A stretch of DNA of 64,000 nucleotides from Cladosporium halotolerans. Lineage: Eukaryota. The DNA lies in the NCBI RefSeq assembly GCF_011745625.1, contig NW_027191472.1, positions 248,001 through 312,000 of the forward strand, given 5' to 3'. A model generated the notes under the pieces. The model was given only the letters and a program-made list of their open reading frames with translations, had not been told where the DNA came from and searched no databases. Made by a program: the position numbers and the translations under genes. Positions 23,066 through 36,343 of this stretch are shown here, piece after piece. The first letter of the stretch is position 1. Every line of letters begins with the position of its first letter.

Positions 23066-25014
23066 GAGTGATGGTCGTGGGGCTATCGTGCGGCTGTTGC
23101 AGAAGCAGCCGAGGGCCCAAGGAACAATACGTTGAAGTGGTCGCAAAGTTTGACCGATAGAGCCTTTGCTTGCGTACTTTGTATGTTTGGGTGTGGCCGG
23201 GTTAAGAGCAAAGCAGAGTGGAGTACACTTGTTTCCAGTCGAAGCTTCAATCCTAGCAATGCCAAGCTTTGTGCAAGTGAATGACATGTGAAAGGAACCC
23301 CGGTGTGAAGTCAGTAAGTCAGTATGTGTAGATATTGCCGTCGGGGTTTCTCACGAGGATCAAGAGCCGTACGGACCGGCCGGGATCGTCTCTCATTGTA
23401 CTCCCTTAGCACTCCTGGAAGCTGTGATACTGAATGCTGCATATTGCAACCATTGCCCAATATATTGACCCGCCACATGTAACCACAGTGTCAGCAGCCT
23501 CCAGCAGGAAATACCGACAGGTTCGCAACGAGGGCTGGAGAAAGATTTGCCAAGAGACTCTACCAGCATGACCATCCTGTTTTGCAGAAGGCCATTTGAG
23601 ATTTGCTTGTTGATTGTTGTCGCCATACTGCCTCGAGATATTCAAGTATTGATCGCGGCTGTGCGGCGGTGCTTGTGATCTTCTCCCCTTCTTGTCTCGG
23701 GGTTTCCAGATCAGTCTACAAGCGCCAAAACGACCTTCAGGACATCGCTATGATAGTACAAAGGTCTATCAGCAAGTTTTGAGAGAAGCGTCATCATCGG
23801 CGAGCCTCTATATGCTCAAATGCTGAAAGCCGAGTTGTTGCCGTGCCCCTATAAGTTCAGAAGCGTTTATAGATCCTCTGAGCCAACAATTCGACCGCTC
23901 TGGGCTTGACACCATAGACAAAGATTGGGCGAGAATCGTTTAGACGGAGCTTCTGGAGCCTTGCGGCATGGCCAGCCACGAAATCTGCATACCACGGGCC
24001 AACCAGAAGCACTGGAGAGTACTGTGCCGCGGGGCATCGCGCATGGTTGAAGTTATAGATGACATTTATCTCTTCTAAGTGCCCGCTCAACGTTCTTCTT
24101 GCGAGCTTTACTGGAGCCAATCACACAGTCAACAGATCCAAAGCTGTCCGGGACCCTCAATAGATGGATGTTTGATCTTTCGTTACGCTCGATTTCCAAG
24201 TCAGCCAAGCGTTTTTACCAGAATCAGTTTAGGTTACCGATTACTTGCGTCTCTCATCTTCTGAAAACACGAAGACCGGTCGTACGGCAGGAAGCATCAG
24301 ATCTTCATAAGATCGTGGCGCAGCATCAGAAGTTCATCACGCATTGCCCACGCAAGAGTCTAGGCCCAGGTGACTTGAACATGATTGGGTATTCGCCACC
24401 ACGCCGATCGCGTTTCCTTGCGTTTCGTCCAAAACCTCAGCCTTCTTGTCCCGGATTGGCAATAATGCTTGTACTGCTGAAACACGTTGCTTGCCACAAT
24501 GTCCACGCAAGTGTGGGCGAAGTGCGAGCGCACGGGCCCTTTCAGCCCTGGGATGTGAGACACCACGTTGTTGTTGCTGGAGCGGCGACACCAGCCTCCC
24601 CCTTTCCTGAGACACTCCAAAACAGGACGTTTCTCTCGTGAGATGGTGTTCGAATGCTTATTGCAGTGTACGAATCTTGCAACGAGAAGAAGTTGCCTTC
24701 CATATATGCATATAGAGCATGCCAACTGCGTTGAGCGCGATCGTGTTCCTCGCCGACTGCTGAAAGATACCAACATCGGCCTCATCGTTGTCTCACGCTA
24801 GAAGAAGCTTGCTGAGCTCTCAGACTCTAGCCACCTAATTGTGCTTATACTGGCCAGTACCTCTACAATGTAGAGGTATTCCAGCCCTCGAAGTTTCAAT
24901 TCTCAGCCTTCGCGATGCCACATGAAGGTAGGTACAAGAACTCCGCAACTCTCTTTGCCATGGCCTTCTCATCTCCACACTTGCCTCCGAATCCACCAAG
25001 ACACAATCGTGAAG

Positions 25015-26277
25015 ATGCATTTCCATCGCCTAACTACAGTCGCCTGGGCAGTGGCCTCCGTCCAAGCTGCAGTCCTTCCAAGACAAGAGACCACATCCGC
25101 TCTATCCGACACATCCTCAACACGCAAGTCCTACCTCACAAGTATAACGAGTCTACCCATGCCAACAAGCGTAGAAGGCAACACAGCATATCCACCCAAG
25201 ACAACTTCGGCCGAAGTCACAACCTCCATTGAACCCACAACTTCCCAATGGAGTTCTATCTCCAGCAAGCCTTCGTCAAGGCCACCCTTCACGTGGCATG
25301 CGTCCGCAAACTCATCAACAAATTCCTCGATCATGACTGGATCATCAGCAAATGCCACGACCTCAAGCTCTGCTTTCGCGACCGGCCTTACGTCCTCAGC
25401 CGCAAATGCCACGACATCATCGTCGATCGGACGCTTTGCCAATAGCACATCGAGTATTCCTATGGGTACGGCAGCAGGCGTTGCAGCGACAGGTACAGCG
25501 GTGCAATTTACTGGTGCCGTGTCTACCAATGCAACCGCTTCCTCGACTGGGCGTTTCTCAAACAGCACGACCGCCGCTCCAGCTAGCTCAACTTCCATGA
25601 TTGTACAGCTCTACTTGTCAATGCCCACCACCCTAAGTGAGGAGGCTACGGCTACGGACGTTTCTTTGGGGAGTAACATGACTCTGGTTGTGTCAGAGGA
25701 GTCCACAGCGCAAGCCACCATTTCAACGACCTCGAACGGCAGTTTGCCGCAATTTGCCAACAGCACGACTGCAGCAGGCTTCGCGAAGGCTACGGACGCC
25801 TCACCATCGGCCAACAGCACGACAAAGGTACCCTTGAGCACCGGAGCCGCATCCGCGTCGTCATCAAGGAACGCCACTGCTGCATCGACCAGCAGCTCTT
25901 CCGTCCCTCTTTCTACCGGCTCTTCATCGCCTTCCGCACCCGAAGCAAACGCGATCGACAGTAACGGCACAATGTTCGCCGTGACCTATGACAACAAGAA
26001 CGGCACAATCGTCCGCCTCGTACCAGCAAGCAACAGCACCAACCCGCTTGCGCCATCAGGTACCGCGCCCGCAGCAGGCTCCACCGGCGCGGCGAGCGCT
26101 AGCCTGGGACGACGAGAGGTGTCACCGCCCACCGGCGCTCCCATCACGCCTGCGCGAGATGACAAGAAGTCTTGGAGTAAGAACTTCCCCGGCTTCGCCT
26201 ACGCCCACACAGATCGCCTCAACCGCCCGAGCAGGTGGTTCAGTGGCGATGGGTGGTCGTGGGGTAGAAGCTCGTGA
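25015..26277 (+). CDS. Secreted Ser/Thr-rich mucin-like glycoprotein
   Basis: ATG at 25015 gives signal peptide MHFHRLTTVAWAVASVQA followed by AVLPRQ. The body is very S/T/A-rich with many NxS/T sequons and a recurring F(A/S)NST motif. Confidence 0.8.
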   Translation: MHFHRLTTVAWAVASVQAAVLPRQETTSALSDTSSTRKSYLTSITSLPMPTSVEGNTAYPPKTTSAEVTTSIEPTTSQWSSISSKPSSRPPFTWHASANSSTNSSIMTGSSANATTSSSAFATGLTSSAANATTSSSIGRFANSTSSIPMGTAAGVAATGTAVQFTGAVSTNATASSTGRFSNSTTAAPASSTSMIVQLYLSMPTTLSEEATATDVSLGSNMTLVVSEESTAQATISTTSNGSLPQFANSTTAAGFAKATDASPSANSTTKVPLSTGAASASSSRNATAASTSSSSVPLSTGSSSPSAPEANAIDSNGTMFAVTYDNKNGTIVRLVPASNSTNPLAPSGTAPAAGSTGAASASLGRREVSPPTGAPITPARDDKKSWSKNFPGFAYAHTDRLNRPSRWFSGDGWSWGRSS

Positions 26278-26638
26278 GATTTTGGCTCTTTGATCTTGTT
26301 TGTATGGCGTTATGGCAGCATTGGGAATCTCTAGGAGAGAAAATGGACAGCATTTGCATGGGATAGGACCGGACTGTGACCGGGCATTTACGACATGCAT
26401 TGGTCGATACTGATTACTTTCAAATTGTTAATATTCCCCTTCGCTCGGGCAAGAGGGTGGTGGCTGAAAGAGAAGGACCACTACAATCCGAAAAAATAAT
26501 GACGAGATGGCACACATACGGCCGTAGATACCACTAGATAATCAATAAAAAACAGTAATTCCAACACACATCTGATTCCTCTCCAGCCCCTGGTCTGGCA
26601 AATTTTACACGTCTTGCAGAGATCTTGATTGGAGGCCG

Positions 26639-27796
26639 CTACTGCTTCACCGGAAACTTCCTCTGCAGCCAATCCCCAATTATCGCCGCAATCTCCTCAG
26701 GCTTCTCATACAGCACCCAATGCCCAGCATCCACCACCTTCTCCTCCACGTCCTTCACCAACCCCTGCTCTTTTGACGGTGCCATCTGATCGGTCCGGCA
26801 CACCCAATCGCCCGTCTGCCCAATATACAGAAGCGGCACCGTAACCTTCTTATCCTCCGGGTTCTTGCACAAATCCCGCTCATCCTCCAGCATCGCATTA
26901 TTCGCCAAGTGGTGGTAGTACTGCACCGGCCCCTCAAACCCGCCCTTCCGCATGCGGTCGACAAACCGCTTCCGCAGCTCCGGGTTCTTCGCGTACGGCT
27001 TCAACTCCACAGTCGAGTTGGCCCACTTGCCCTGCCTCGCCACGTACTCGCGCATCGCGCCCGGCGTGCAGAACATCTCGCGCATCCAGATGTCGCGGCC
27101 GTTCTCCTCTGGGATCGGGGAGGCGTAGAAGCCGTGGTTGACTTCGTACATGCGGTCTGGGTCGTTGTTCATCAGCGCTGGGGCGTCGGGGGCGCAGAAG
27201 AAGTTCCAGTATTCCCATTGGGGATAGCCGAAGATTTTCGTCGTGCGGGCGTTCTCGCCGTCGAGCGAGAAGGGCTCGGGCGAGGGAATTTTGTAGGCGC
27301 CGGAGAGAAGGGAGAGGCCGACGCAACGTTCGCGATGATAGAGGTAGAGGCGGGAGGCGACGGCTGGGGCTTGATGTTAGTGAATGGCACCGGTGCAGTT
27401 TGGGAAATAAGGAGACATACCGGAGCCCCAGTCATGTCCAATGGGAATTACATTGTTTGCCACGCCTTCTTTATCCAGAATTTGGGTTATGGAATTGGCT
27501 TGAGCGCGATAGTTGTACTTGTGCGATACTTCGGGTTTGGAAGAGTCTCCGAAGCCTAGCAGATCGACCAAGATGAAAGGATAGGGCAGCTTCAGCATTG
27601 GCGGCACAGCACCTGCCCACATGAACGCATCGTCTGGGTAGCCATGAAGGAAGACGATTACAGGCGTCGAAGGGTCGAGCTTGCTCTTAAAGTGAGGAGA
27701 AAGATAGTAGCTGTACGTGAGGTCGTCTGGTTTCGTGATGAGAGTCTTATGGTCAAACTTAGTATTGATATCGTCGACACCTGAGATGGAAGACAT
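26639..27796 (-). CDS. Alpha/beta hydrolase, soluble epoxide hydrolase-like; exons 27796-27421 and 27363-26639
   Basis: HGYPD oxyanion motif, DLLGFGDSSKP, nucleophile elbow GHDWGS|AVASR, a lid Tyr region (GYWEFF; VQYY) and catalytic His in DAGHWV. The GTATGT..CTAAC..CAG intron keeps frame. Confidence 0.9.
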
Positions 27797-28351
27797 TGTG
27801 GTGTTGTTTCTTAACTAAGAGACAGACGTCTCGTTTATGATATAATGGCAGAGATCACTTCGAGATAAATAATCAAATAAATAGACGAACCACATCATCG
27901 CAGATCACCAGCAACGTCAGAGCCGCCAACCCACACGTACCCCGCACGCGTTCCCCGAGAACGAGAAGAGGGTCTAGACAAGGGACACATTCCCGGGCAG
28001 AATCCCCTCATGTTTTGTACCAATGACCGCTTGTCCGCAGGTGATGCTTGGGGAACCATCAATAGCGGCTTGACATGCTGGCAGAGGTACCTTTAGGAGA
28101 GCGAGCTCGCTAAAGGGCGCAAAGCCGATGGCTGCGCTCGGGCCCGGCAGTCAGAGCCGCCTCCTCCGAGATGTCTCCAGGAAAATGGCAGCTGCAAGCG
28201 GGTCATCTGCGGAAACGGAGCGACTTCACCACAAGGTGCATGCTGTTGCAGCATCACCCAACCACCAGCGGCGTATTACGGATGGCTGCAATTGGAGTGT
28301 AGCACCTGTGCGAACCCAATTTGTCTATTCTGCTCTCGTCAAATTACAGCA

Positions 28352-29884
28352 ATGGCATCCAAAGAATTGTTTCACCTCCTCAGGGTACTGGACGAGCGTG
28401 AAACCGGACTAGGCCGAGACGATGTCGCGTGGGCGTTCGAACCAGCCAAGAAAGCCGAAACCGAAGACTGGGTGAAGACATACCTCACGCCGGCTACGCT
28501 ACTCACCAAGGAGGAACATGCCTTCCATGAGAGATTTGGCGAATTTACACCTCAGATTCACAGCGCAGCTTCTGGACGCCCGCTCTCGGACGAAGACTTT
28601 GAGCACGCGATCACTTCGCTCGAGTCGAGCACCGCGGCCATTGATGCCCAATGCAAGCTCATGGAAGCTCAGAAACGGGCGCTGCTCGACTTCAAGGCGC
28701 AAAACTCCCCGAATGATGATCAGAGCCGGGCTGGATCCCAGAAACCACCGAACAAGCTCCTCCGAGACAAGGCGCAGCTTGAATTGGAATTGAACGAACT
28801 ATCCAGCTTCCTACACCAAAAATTGCGCTCCTCAATGGACCAGGCTGACTCCGTGTCAACCAACTTGCCTGCGAAGATCGAGCGTTTACTTGAAAAGGAC
28901 GACCGCATGCTCGACGGCCTGCAGAAGGTCTTGCCCAAGCTCAACGGCGACGACAGTAAAAGCGACATTCTACAAGAAGTCGACAAACTCTGCCACGCCT
29001 TCACCTTCCTCGAAGCCAACGCAATCCGCACAAAGATAGATTCAATCTACCAAAGCCACCTCCCAGACCCCTCCACCAACGGCCACCCCCCACCCAACGA
29101 GCAAGAACAAGCCTCCGTCCGCGCCGAGCTCGAAGAGCTCAGCAGCGAAATCGACAGCCTCCTCACCCTCGTCGCCGAAAACTACTACAAACAACCAATT
29201 ACCAAGCGCCTCGGCTCCGCCCGCGCCGAAAGCCACGGCGAAGCCGCCCGCTGGTCCGAGTACCTCAGCTCGACCCTGCACTTCCTCTCCGCCCGCCTCG
29301 AGGGCCTCAACGAGCACTTCCACCACGTGCACGCGCACCGCGCGGCGCTCGCGGCCGTCTCGCAGACGCTCGACGAGACGCTCGCGAAGCCCGCGGGCAA
29401 GGCCGAGGACCAGCAGCCTGCTGCTAAGGTCGCGCAGGCGCTGAAGGGCCTCAAGCCGCTTAGGCTGGTGCAGGCGAATTTGCCCGAGGCGCCCGACGCG
29501 ACGGCGCAGTTGCTGAGGCATTTGGATGTCAAGCAGCCGGAAGCGACGGATGTCGCGAAGCTGTCGCTGGGTTTGCGGGGCGTGACGCTCGAGCGGAGGG
29601 ATAAGCTTGCTGCGTTGGCTGCGAGTACGGACGATGGGCTGTCGAAGTTGTTGGGCGAGTCGCTGAACAAGGCGGACTTGGACGCGAGCGATTTGCTGGG
29701 CGCGGTGTTTGCTCATTCGCAGTTTGGGGAGCGGAGGCTTGTAGATGAGGATGTGCAGAGGGAGCTTGATGTGCTGGAAGGCAGGACGCAGACGATTGGT
29801 GAGCAGATGCGGCGGCTGGACGTGGAAGGGTTGAGCAGTGAGATCAGGAGGTTGCAGAGGGGTGTCTTGAGTCAAGGCAAGTAG
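28352..29884 (+). CDS. Coiled-coil protein, probable HAUS augmin complex subunit 3-like
   Basis: ATG at 28352, intronless. The N-terminus RDDVAWAFE..WVKTYLTPATLLTKEE resembles the HAUS3 N-terminal pattern (D.dW.FE..W....nvLs.eE). The remainder is heptad-rich. Confidence 0.55.
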   Translation: MASKELFHLLRVLDERETGLGRDDVAWAFEPAKKAETEDWVKTYLTPATLLTKEEHAFHERFGEFTPQIHSAASGRPLSDEDFEHAITSLESSTAAIDAQCKLMEAQKRALLDFKAQNSPNDDQSRAGSQKPPNKLLRDKAQLELELNELSSFLHQKLRSSMDQADSVSTNLPAKIERLLEKDDRMLDGLQKVLPKLNGDDSKSDILQEVDKLCHAFTFLEANAIRTKIDSIYQSHLPDPSTNGHPPPNEQEQASVRAELEELSSEIDSLLTLVAENYYKQPITKRLGSARAESHGEAARWSEYLSSTLHFLSARLEGLNEHFHHVHAHRAALAAVSQTLDETLAKPAGKAEDQQPAAKVAQALKGLKPLRLVQANLPEAPDATAQLLRHLDVKQPEATDVAKLSLGLRGVTLERRDKLAALAASTDDGLSKLLGESLNKADLDASDLLGAVFAHSQFGERRLVDEDVQRELDVLEGRTQTIGEQMRRLDVEGLSSEIRRLQRGVLSQGK

Positions 29885-29973
29885 TGCATTTGCATAGCGT
29901 CTCTTGTGGCTAAAATGCTCGCAAGGTCTGTGATAGTTGTGGTAATCTATAATACAACTCGAATGAGAAGCCG

Positions 29974-31109
29974 CTACGAAATGAAGCAAAGGCAGTCCAG
30001 GCCGACGTAGAAGACGAAGAGCGGGTACACGGCCAGCGAGACCCGGTTCTTGACCACGCCGCTGCCGCCCAGAATGCTGACTCCCGCTGCGAGGGACCAC
30101 AGTCCGAGCACACTGTAGACGGGAATGCGGACAATGGTCGGCACGCGTAGAGCACTGAGCAGCGATGCGATGACGAGTGGGAAGAGCGTGTAACCGATGA
30201 TGCAGACGGATTGAAAGAAGGAGCTGCGATTGAATTGTTAGCTTGGTGGCCAGAGATCTCAGATGACCGGGTACGCACATGTTGCCTCCGAGAAGCTTGA
30301 TCTGTAATGTGACGATGGCCTCGGCGATCCAGACGGTAGCGAAGACGCCGCTGAAGACGAGCGAACGCTGGTCGTCGCGGGCGTTGATGGAGAGGAGGAA
30401 AGACAAAAGCAAGCAGAAGAGCAAGGGTCCCCTAAAGAATGATAGTCAGCAAACGGCCATCGACTGCAGCGCATGCCAATGGCAGATCCCACGTACCAAA
30501 GATCCCAATCCCTAAGACCTTCACTCATACCACCCTGCAGCACGGCATCCGCGTCCGGCCATCTGCCTACGAGCCCGCGCAGGTGTCCCATGTTCGGCAT
30601 TCCGCCAGCCAAGCTGTCTCCCTCGCCTCTCTCAGCACCTCCCATACCGCCACCCTGAGAAAGCATGCCGCCTAGCAAGTATTTAGGCCACAGCACCTGG
30701 CGCATCTTCTCCCAAACAGCGAGCAGGTCGCGGCGCAGCGTTTCCCAGACTGATTCATCCAATGTGCTGACAGGCGCACGGCGATCCTCGCCGGGAATCG
30801 CGGAGTTCAGGTATCCTTGGGCGTTGTGGGCTGAGCGGGAGTTGGAGTTGGCTTGCGACGAGGAGATGTTGCCTGTTAGGGGTGCGCGATCATCAGTGCG
30901 GCCGCCGTGGGCGGGGTCGTCAAGGTCATCGAGGGTAGCTAGGGATATTGTCAGCGATTGTGATCAGACTGTAAAGCCTCTGCTGTGCAATACTGACCAT
31001 CGTCGGGATCAATGAGGTCGTCTCCTTCTAGACTGGGGTTGTCGTAGTGCTCGTATGGATTCGCAGATTGGGAGCTTCCACCACCGCCTGACGGCATCAT
31101 AGCTGCCAT
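29974..31109 (-). CDS. YIP4: Yip1-family Golgi membrane protein (Yip4/YIPF6-like), 4 exons
   Basis: STLDESVWETLRRDLLAVWEKMRQVLWP, LRDWDLW|GPLLFCLLLSFLLS, VTLQIKLLGG and SFFQSVCIIGYTLFPL..LAVYPLFVFYVGLDCLCFIS*. Three GT-AG introns. Confidence 0.88.
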
Positions 31110-32371
31110 GATGTGATTGTGTGCCTGTGGCTGTTGACTCCAGAGCCTATTTTTGTGGACGCGATTTTGAGTTGAACAGTATTGTTGCTGCAGTGGTTTC
31201 TGCGAGGCCTGTATGAGCTAGCTGTTCACAGCTGCCTGGGGTTGACGCGTTTCGGGGTCCTGAAACGGCGCCGGGTCCCACGACTTTGTGCAGACGCGGA
31301 CGTCACATCCTGTCTGTCAACCCCCAACACTTCTTCTACAACATTGACATCTTGCGAGACTTCGCTCAATCAGAGCATAGCGGCGCATCACTCTGTGTTG
31401 TTGTTTATGCTCCCCCTTTTGAGCATACCATGACGTATCGAAAGCATGTGCTGCAGAGCATTGCGCGTTGTGAACTTCAGTAGCGTCGAGCGGCTCAAGC
31501 GTGTTGACTTGGCAGAGCAAGCCAAGGGAATAAGTCACCGGACGGCAATAGTCACGGTCCCATCAGTATAGTCTCGACGGTAGAGGCTCTATCGTGCAAG
31601 CAGGAGCTTCCTCCGATACCTCCGAGCATATTCACGGTCGCGGCTAGGGTAAGCTGCTACTGCTGCTGGCCTTTTTGACAAATCCATAGGATCTGCATTG
31701 CGGGGCGAATCCAATCGCCAGATCTACCCAGGCGGCTACTTGTTCCTGGGAGGCAACGGTTTCCAGCTGTGTGGTTCTGAGGGTGAGCGTTCCTCTGATT
31801 TGGCCATTGACTATTCGAGATTGTGAGTTCAAGCTCACATTCCTTGTCACGAGCCGCATGTCAAGCACTCTGCCACCTGTGTCGGTGGCGTATTCCAAGC
31901 ATACGTGCAGACGGATGTGAAAGCGGGGGCCTTGAGAACATTCCCACAACGCCGTCGATCATGGCGGCTTGGAAGGTCACTAGGCGCTGGCGTACATGCG
32001 GAGCCTCAGCCTGTTGTGCAGCAACTTTGCCCAGACCAAGCATCATTCCCATACCGCAAATCCGTCTGGGCATCATGGAGACAAGAAGCTCGTCAAGTCT
32101 TTCGATAGCGCCTTATGAGGTCGATCTATCAGCCTATACCGCATTGAGTATCTAGCCATCGCCAATCGCGACCACGTTCGCAGCATCGGACGAGCGCACG
32201 ACATGGTCTTCCCTATCTGCTACAGGCCAAACAATGAAGACATTTCCAATAGCGCCCAACTCAAAGGATGGTGGGTCAGCATAGCTCGAACACATAAAGC
32301 AGCTGAGACCGCCCGTCCATGTCAAAGTCTATCTCCCATCGTCTACAACCTCAAGAGTCTTCGCGGCAAAC

Positions 32372-33132
32372 ATGCAGCTCCTCTCCCTCCTTGCTCTGGT
32401 GACTTCTGCCGCCGCATCGGCCATTCCTGCTGCCGCTATTGAAAGACGTCAGACATGTCCCAATGCCAACGCCAACGCCCTTGCATCAGCGAAGGCAGCC
32501 TTCACTGCGGCAAAGATTGTGCCTGATGTGATTCCGCAATTCAACCCGACCCTTGAAGTGAGCGTCAACTACAACGGCAAGGCAGTCAATTTCGGCAACA
32601 CCTTCAACACTGTTGGTAAGTAGAATCCTGAGTTGGATCCGTCAACACAGCACTAATGAGATCATCAGAAACCCTTCTCGAGCCGGACTTCTCCATCACT
32701 GCGGAGAAGGGCTACGATCCCAAGACCACCAAGTACACCCTCATCATGGTCGACCCGGATGCGCCTGGCCCTGCTCTCCCGATCTTGGCCGACTTCCTGC
32801 ACTGGATCGTCTCTGACGTCCAGCCCAAGTGCATCACCAACCAGATCCGCAAGCAGGTTGCGTCGTACATGGCCCCGACTCCTCTGTCTGTCTCTCCTCA
32901 CCGCTACACCTTCTTGATCTACCGCCAGCCGCCGAACTACGTCCCGCCGCCCAGCCTCCAGTACCTGCCGGCCAACAGGGCTCTGTTCGATCTCGCTGGC
33001 TACGTTGAGGAGGCGAAGCTGCAGGGACCCGTTGGCGGTAACTACTACCGCGAGGGCCAGGCTCAGAATGTATGCCTGCTGCTGCCGGGCTGCACTCAGG
33101 ACGGCACCGGCTACCAGCCTCCTCAAGAGTGA
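32372..33132 (+). CDS. Secreted phosphatidylethanolamine-binding protein (PEBP/RKIP family); exons 32372-32615 and 32669-33132
   Basis: Signal peptide MQLLSLLALVTSAAASA, then IVPDVIPQFNP, YTLIMVDPDAP, FLHWIV and HRYTFLIYRQP. GTAAGT..CTAAT..CAG intron. Confidence 0.9.
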
Positions 33133-34049
33133 GCGTCTAGGAGGAGTGATGGTACATAGCCAGGGGGAGCCTAGATACGATCCAGCGCTGTGATTCATTA
33201 CTTATTGCTGCTTGTATGGGCTTATGTTTCCTGCCTCTTTACCGCCTTCTGAACTTGATTCCAATGAAAAGTCAACATCTACATGTTTCATGACAATACC
33301 GTCACGTCCTGCACCCTACTCTACTGAACCAGTGGGAAGACCAACATCCACATACTCAACCTTGCACATCCCATCCATCAGAACGCTGCAACCCGCTGCA
33401 ACCGTAGTCTACGCCGAGGTTACAAGATTGAATTCAGCCGGGGCGGGCGTACAGGCGCAAGGAGCCGCAGCTAAAGAGGCCAGAATGCGTCTCACGTGCA
33501 GAGCCGCCCCGCGTTTCGGTAGGGCAAAGCGACGGCTCACGTGGGCCGGCAAGGTGGGGTTCTGCTGTGACGCGGGCGGAGATCAGACAGCGACGCTCCA
33601 TGCCACTTGCCCTCCACATCCCGCGGCGTTGCACCGCCCATCCACCCTCTCTGCACCAATGCAGTCCGCACATGCGCCTGGCCCGCCCACATGAGCCCGA
33701 TGCCAGCCTCGACTTGACGCTGGCCCAGCGCCCAAAACCGCCTCAGCCTTTTCCACCACCACCTTTCCGCCGCTACGCCTGTTCCCCGCCGCCCCAACCC
33801 ACCCGTTCGCTGGTATATGAGCGCGACTCCCGCCGGCCCCTCCTGCTGCTCCTCCTCTTCGACTCGCCATACGTTTGTCAGTCCCGCAGACCCTACGTGA
33901 ACCGCTCCCCACGCGTCTGCCCTACCCGTTGTTTCTTCAGTATGCACATCCTCCACCCCTCCTCACCAGATCTCCCCGGCTCATTTGTCTCCTCCAAGCA
34001 GGCCCGAGCCCGAGAAGAGACCACGAACTCCGCCGAGAACCAGGTCGAG

Positions 34050-35384
<1,335 letters not shown>

Positions 35385-36343
35385 AAGAGACGAAGCACGA
35401 GAAGGACTTTTCACGGAAAATTAGTTTCCGGGGCTCCTGTTTTCTTTACACTCAAGCATTGGGCCCGGCGTTTACGACAGATGCTTGATGCTTTTTGACT
35501 CGAGACCTTGGAGGGTTTCATGCGCGCAGGCGGGGCTGGCGTGCGGTCGGTCGGTTGGTCGGTTCCTCCTCCAATGAGAGGGGCAATGGGATGAAGAAAG
35601 CCCGCTGCCGAAGTCGAGTGATCGACGCCTGCGCTGTTACGCTTTGCTGCTACCCTTACTGTTACACGACTAGATCACGGGGGAGTCTGAGAAATACCAA
35701 TACCACCTGCTACTTTGAGACCCTGCCCTTGATGACACGGAAGTCTGTGTGCCTGAGGCTGGCGGAGGAGCTGCGGTTCGGCGGCTGCCTGGCTCGCTTG
35801 CGTGTGGCTGTGTCTCCATGCTATACGATGGTCTGTGTTGGCTACTCCGCCTTGTTTGGGCGTGGCTATGCCTATAGGATTACTGATGATCCCGGTCGGT
35901 TGGTCTCGCTTACGGTTTCGGACTAGTCTGAGATGATTGGTATGTAGCAACGCGCGCTCTCTTGAGCCTACAATATAACATTAAGCAGAGATTGTACCAC
36001 CTACTGCATTTTCTCATCGGTCTCCAATGCGAGTGCTTTGCGTGCTGACTGCTGTAGAGGCTTTTGGCTGAGGAAGCGTGGTTCCACAGTTAACGTCGGC
36101 TGAATCTGAGGATGTTCTGGTTCCAACGAAGTGTATGGCAGGATGGAAGTGAAAGTAGTCCATAATCATTTCTCTGTCGTTTCTAGGCCCTGAATAGCCT
36201 CCAGTTGCCACTGCCATGTACCATAACTCCCCGAGGACCTTGTCCCGCCGCTATCGACCGTTCATGTTAAGAAAACAAGGGAACTAGCAAATCCAAGGCT
36301 GTCAGACGAAATTCCTCCATCCAGAATCTGTCGCCAACCGTCA

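Noticed and set aside
23857..24800. Possible gene remnant on the minus strand; similar fragments at 11086-11962, 31644-32155 and 56700-57700
   Set aside because: Short discontinuous ORFs with no motif I can identify. A tBLASTx search would be needed.
35675..35730. TPP riboswitch-like start (gggagtCTGAGAaatacc)
   Set aside because: The downstream ACYTGAT...AAT...GCG core and pairing arms are absent, and there is no thiamine gene nearby.
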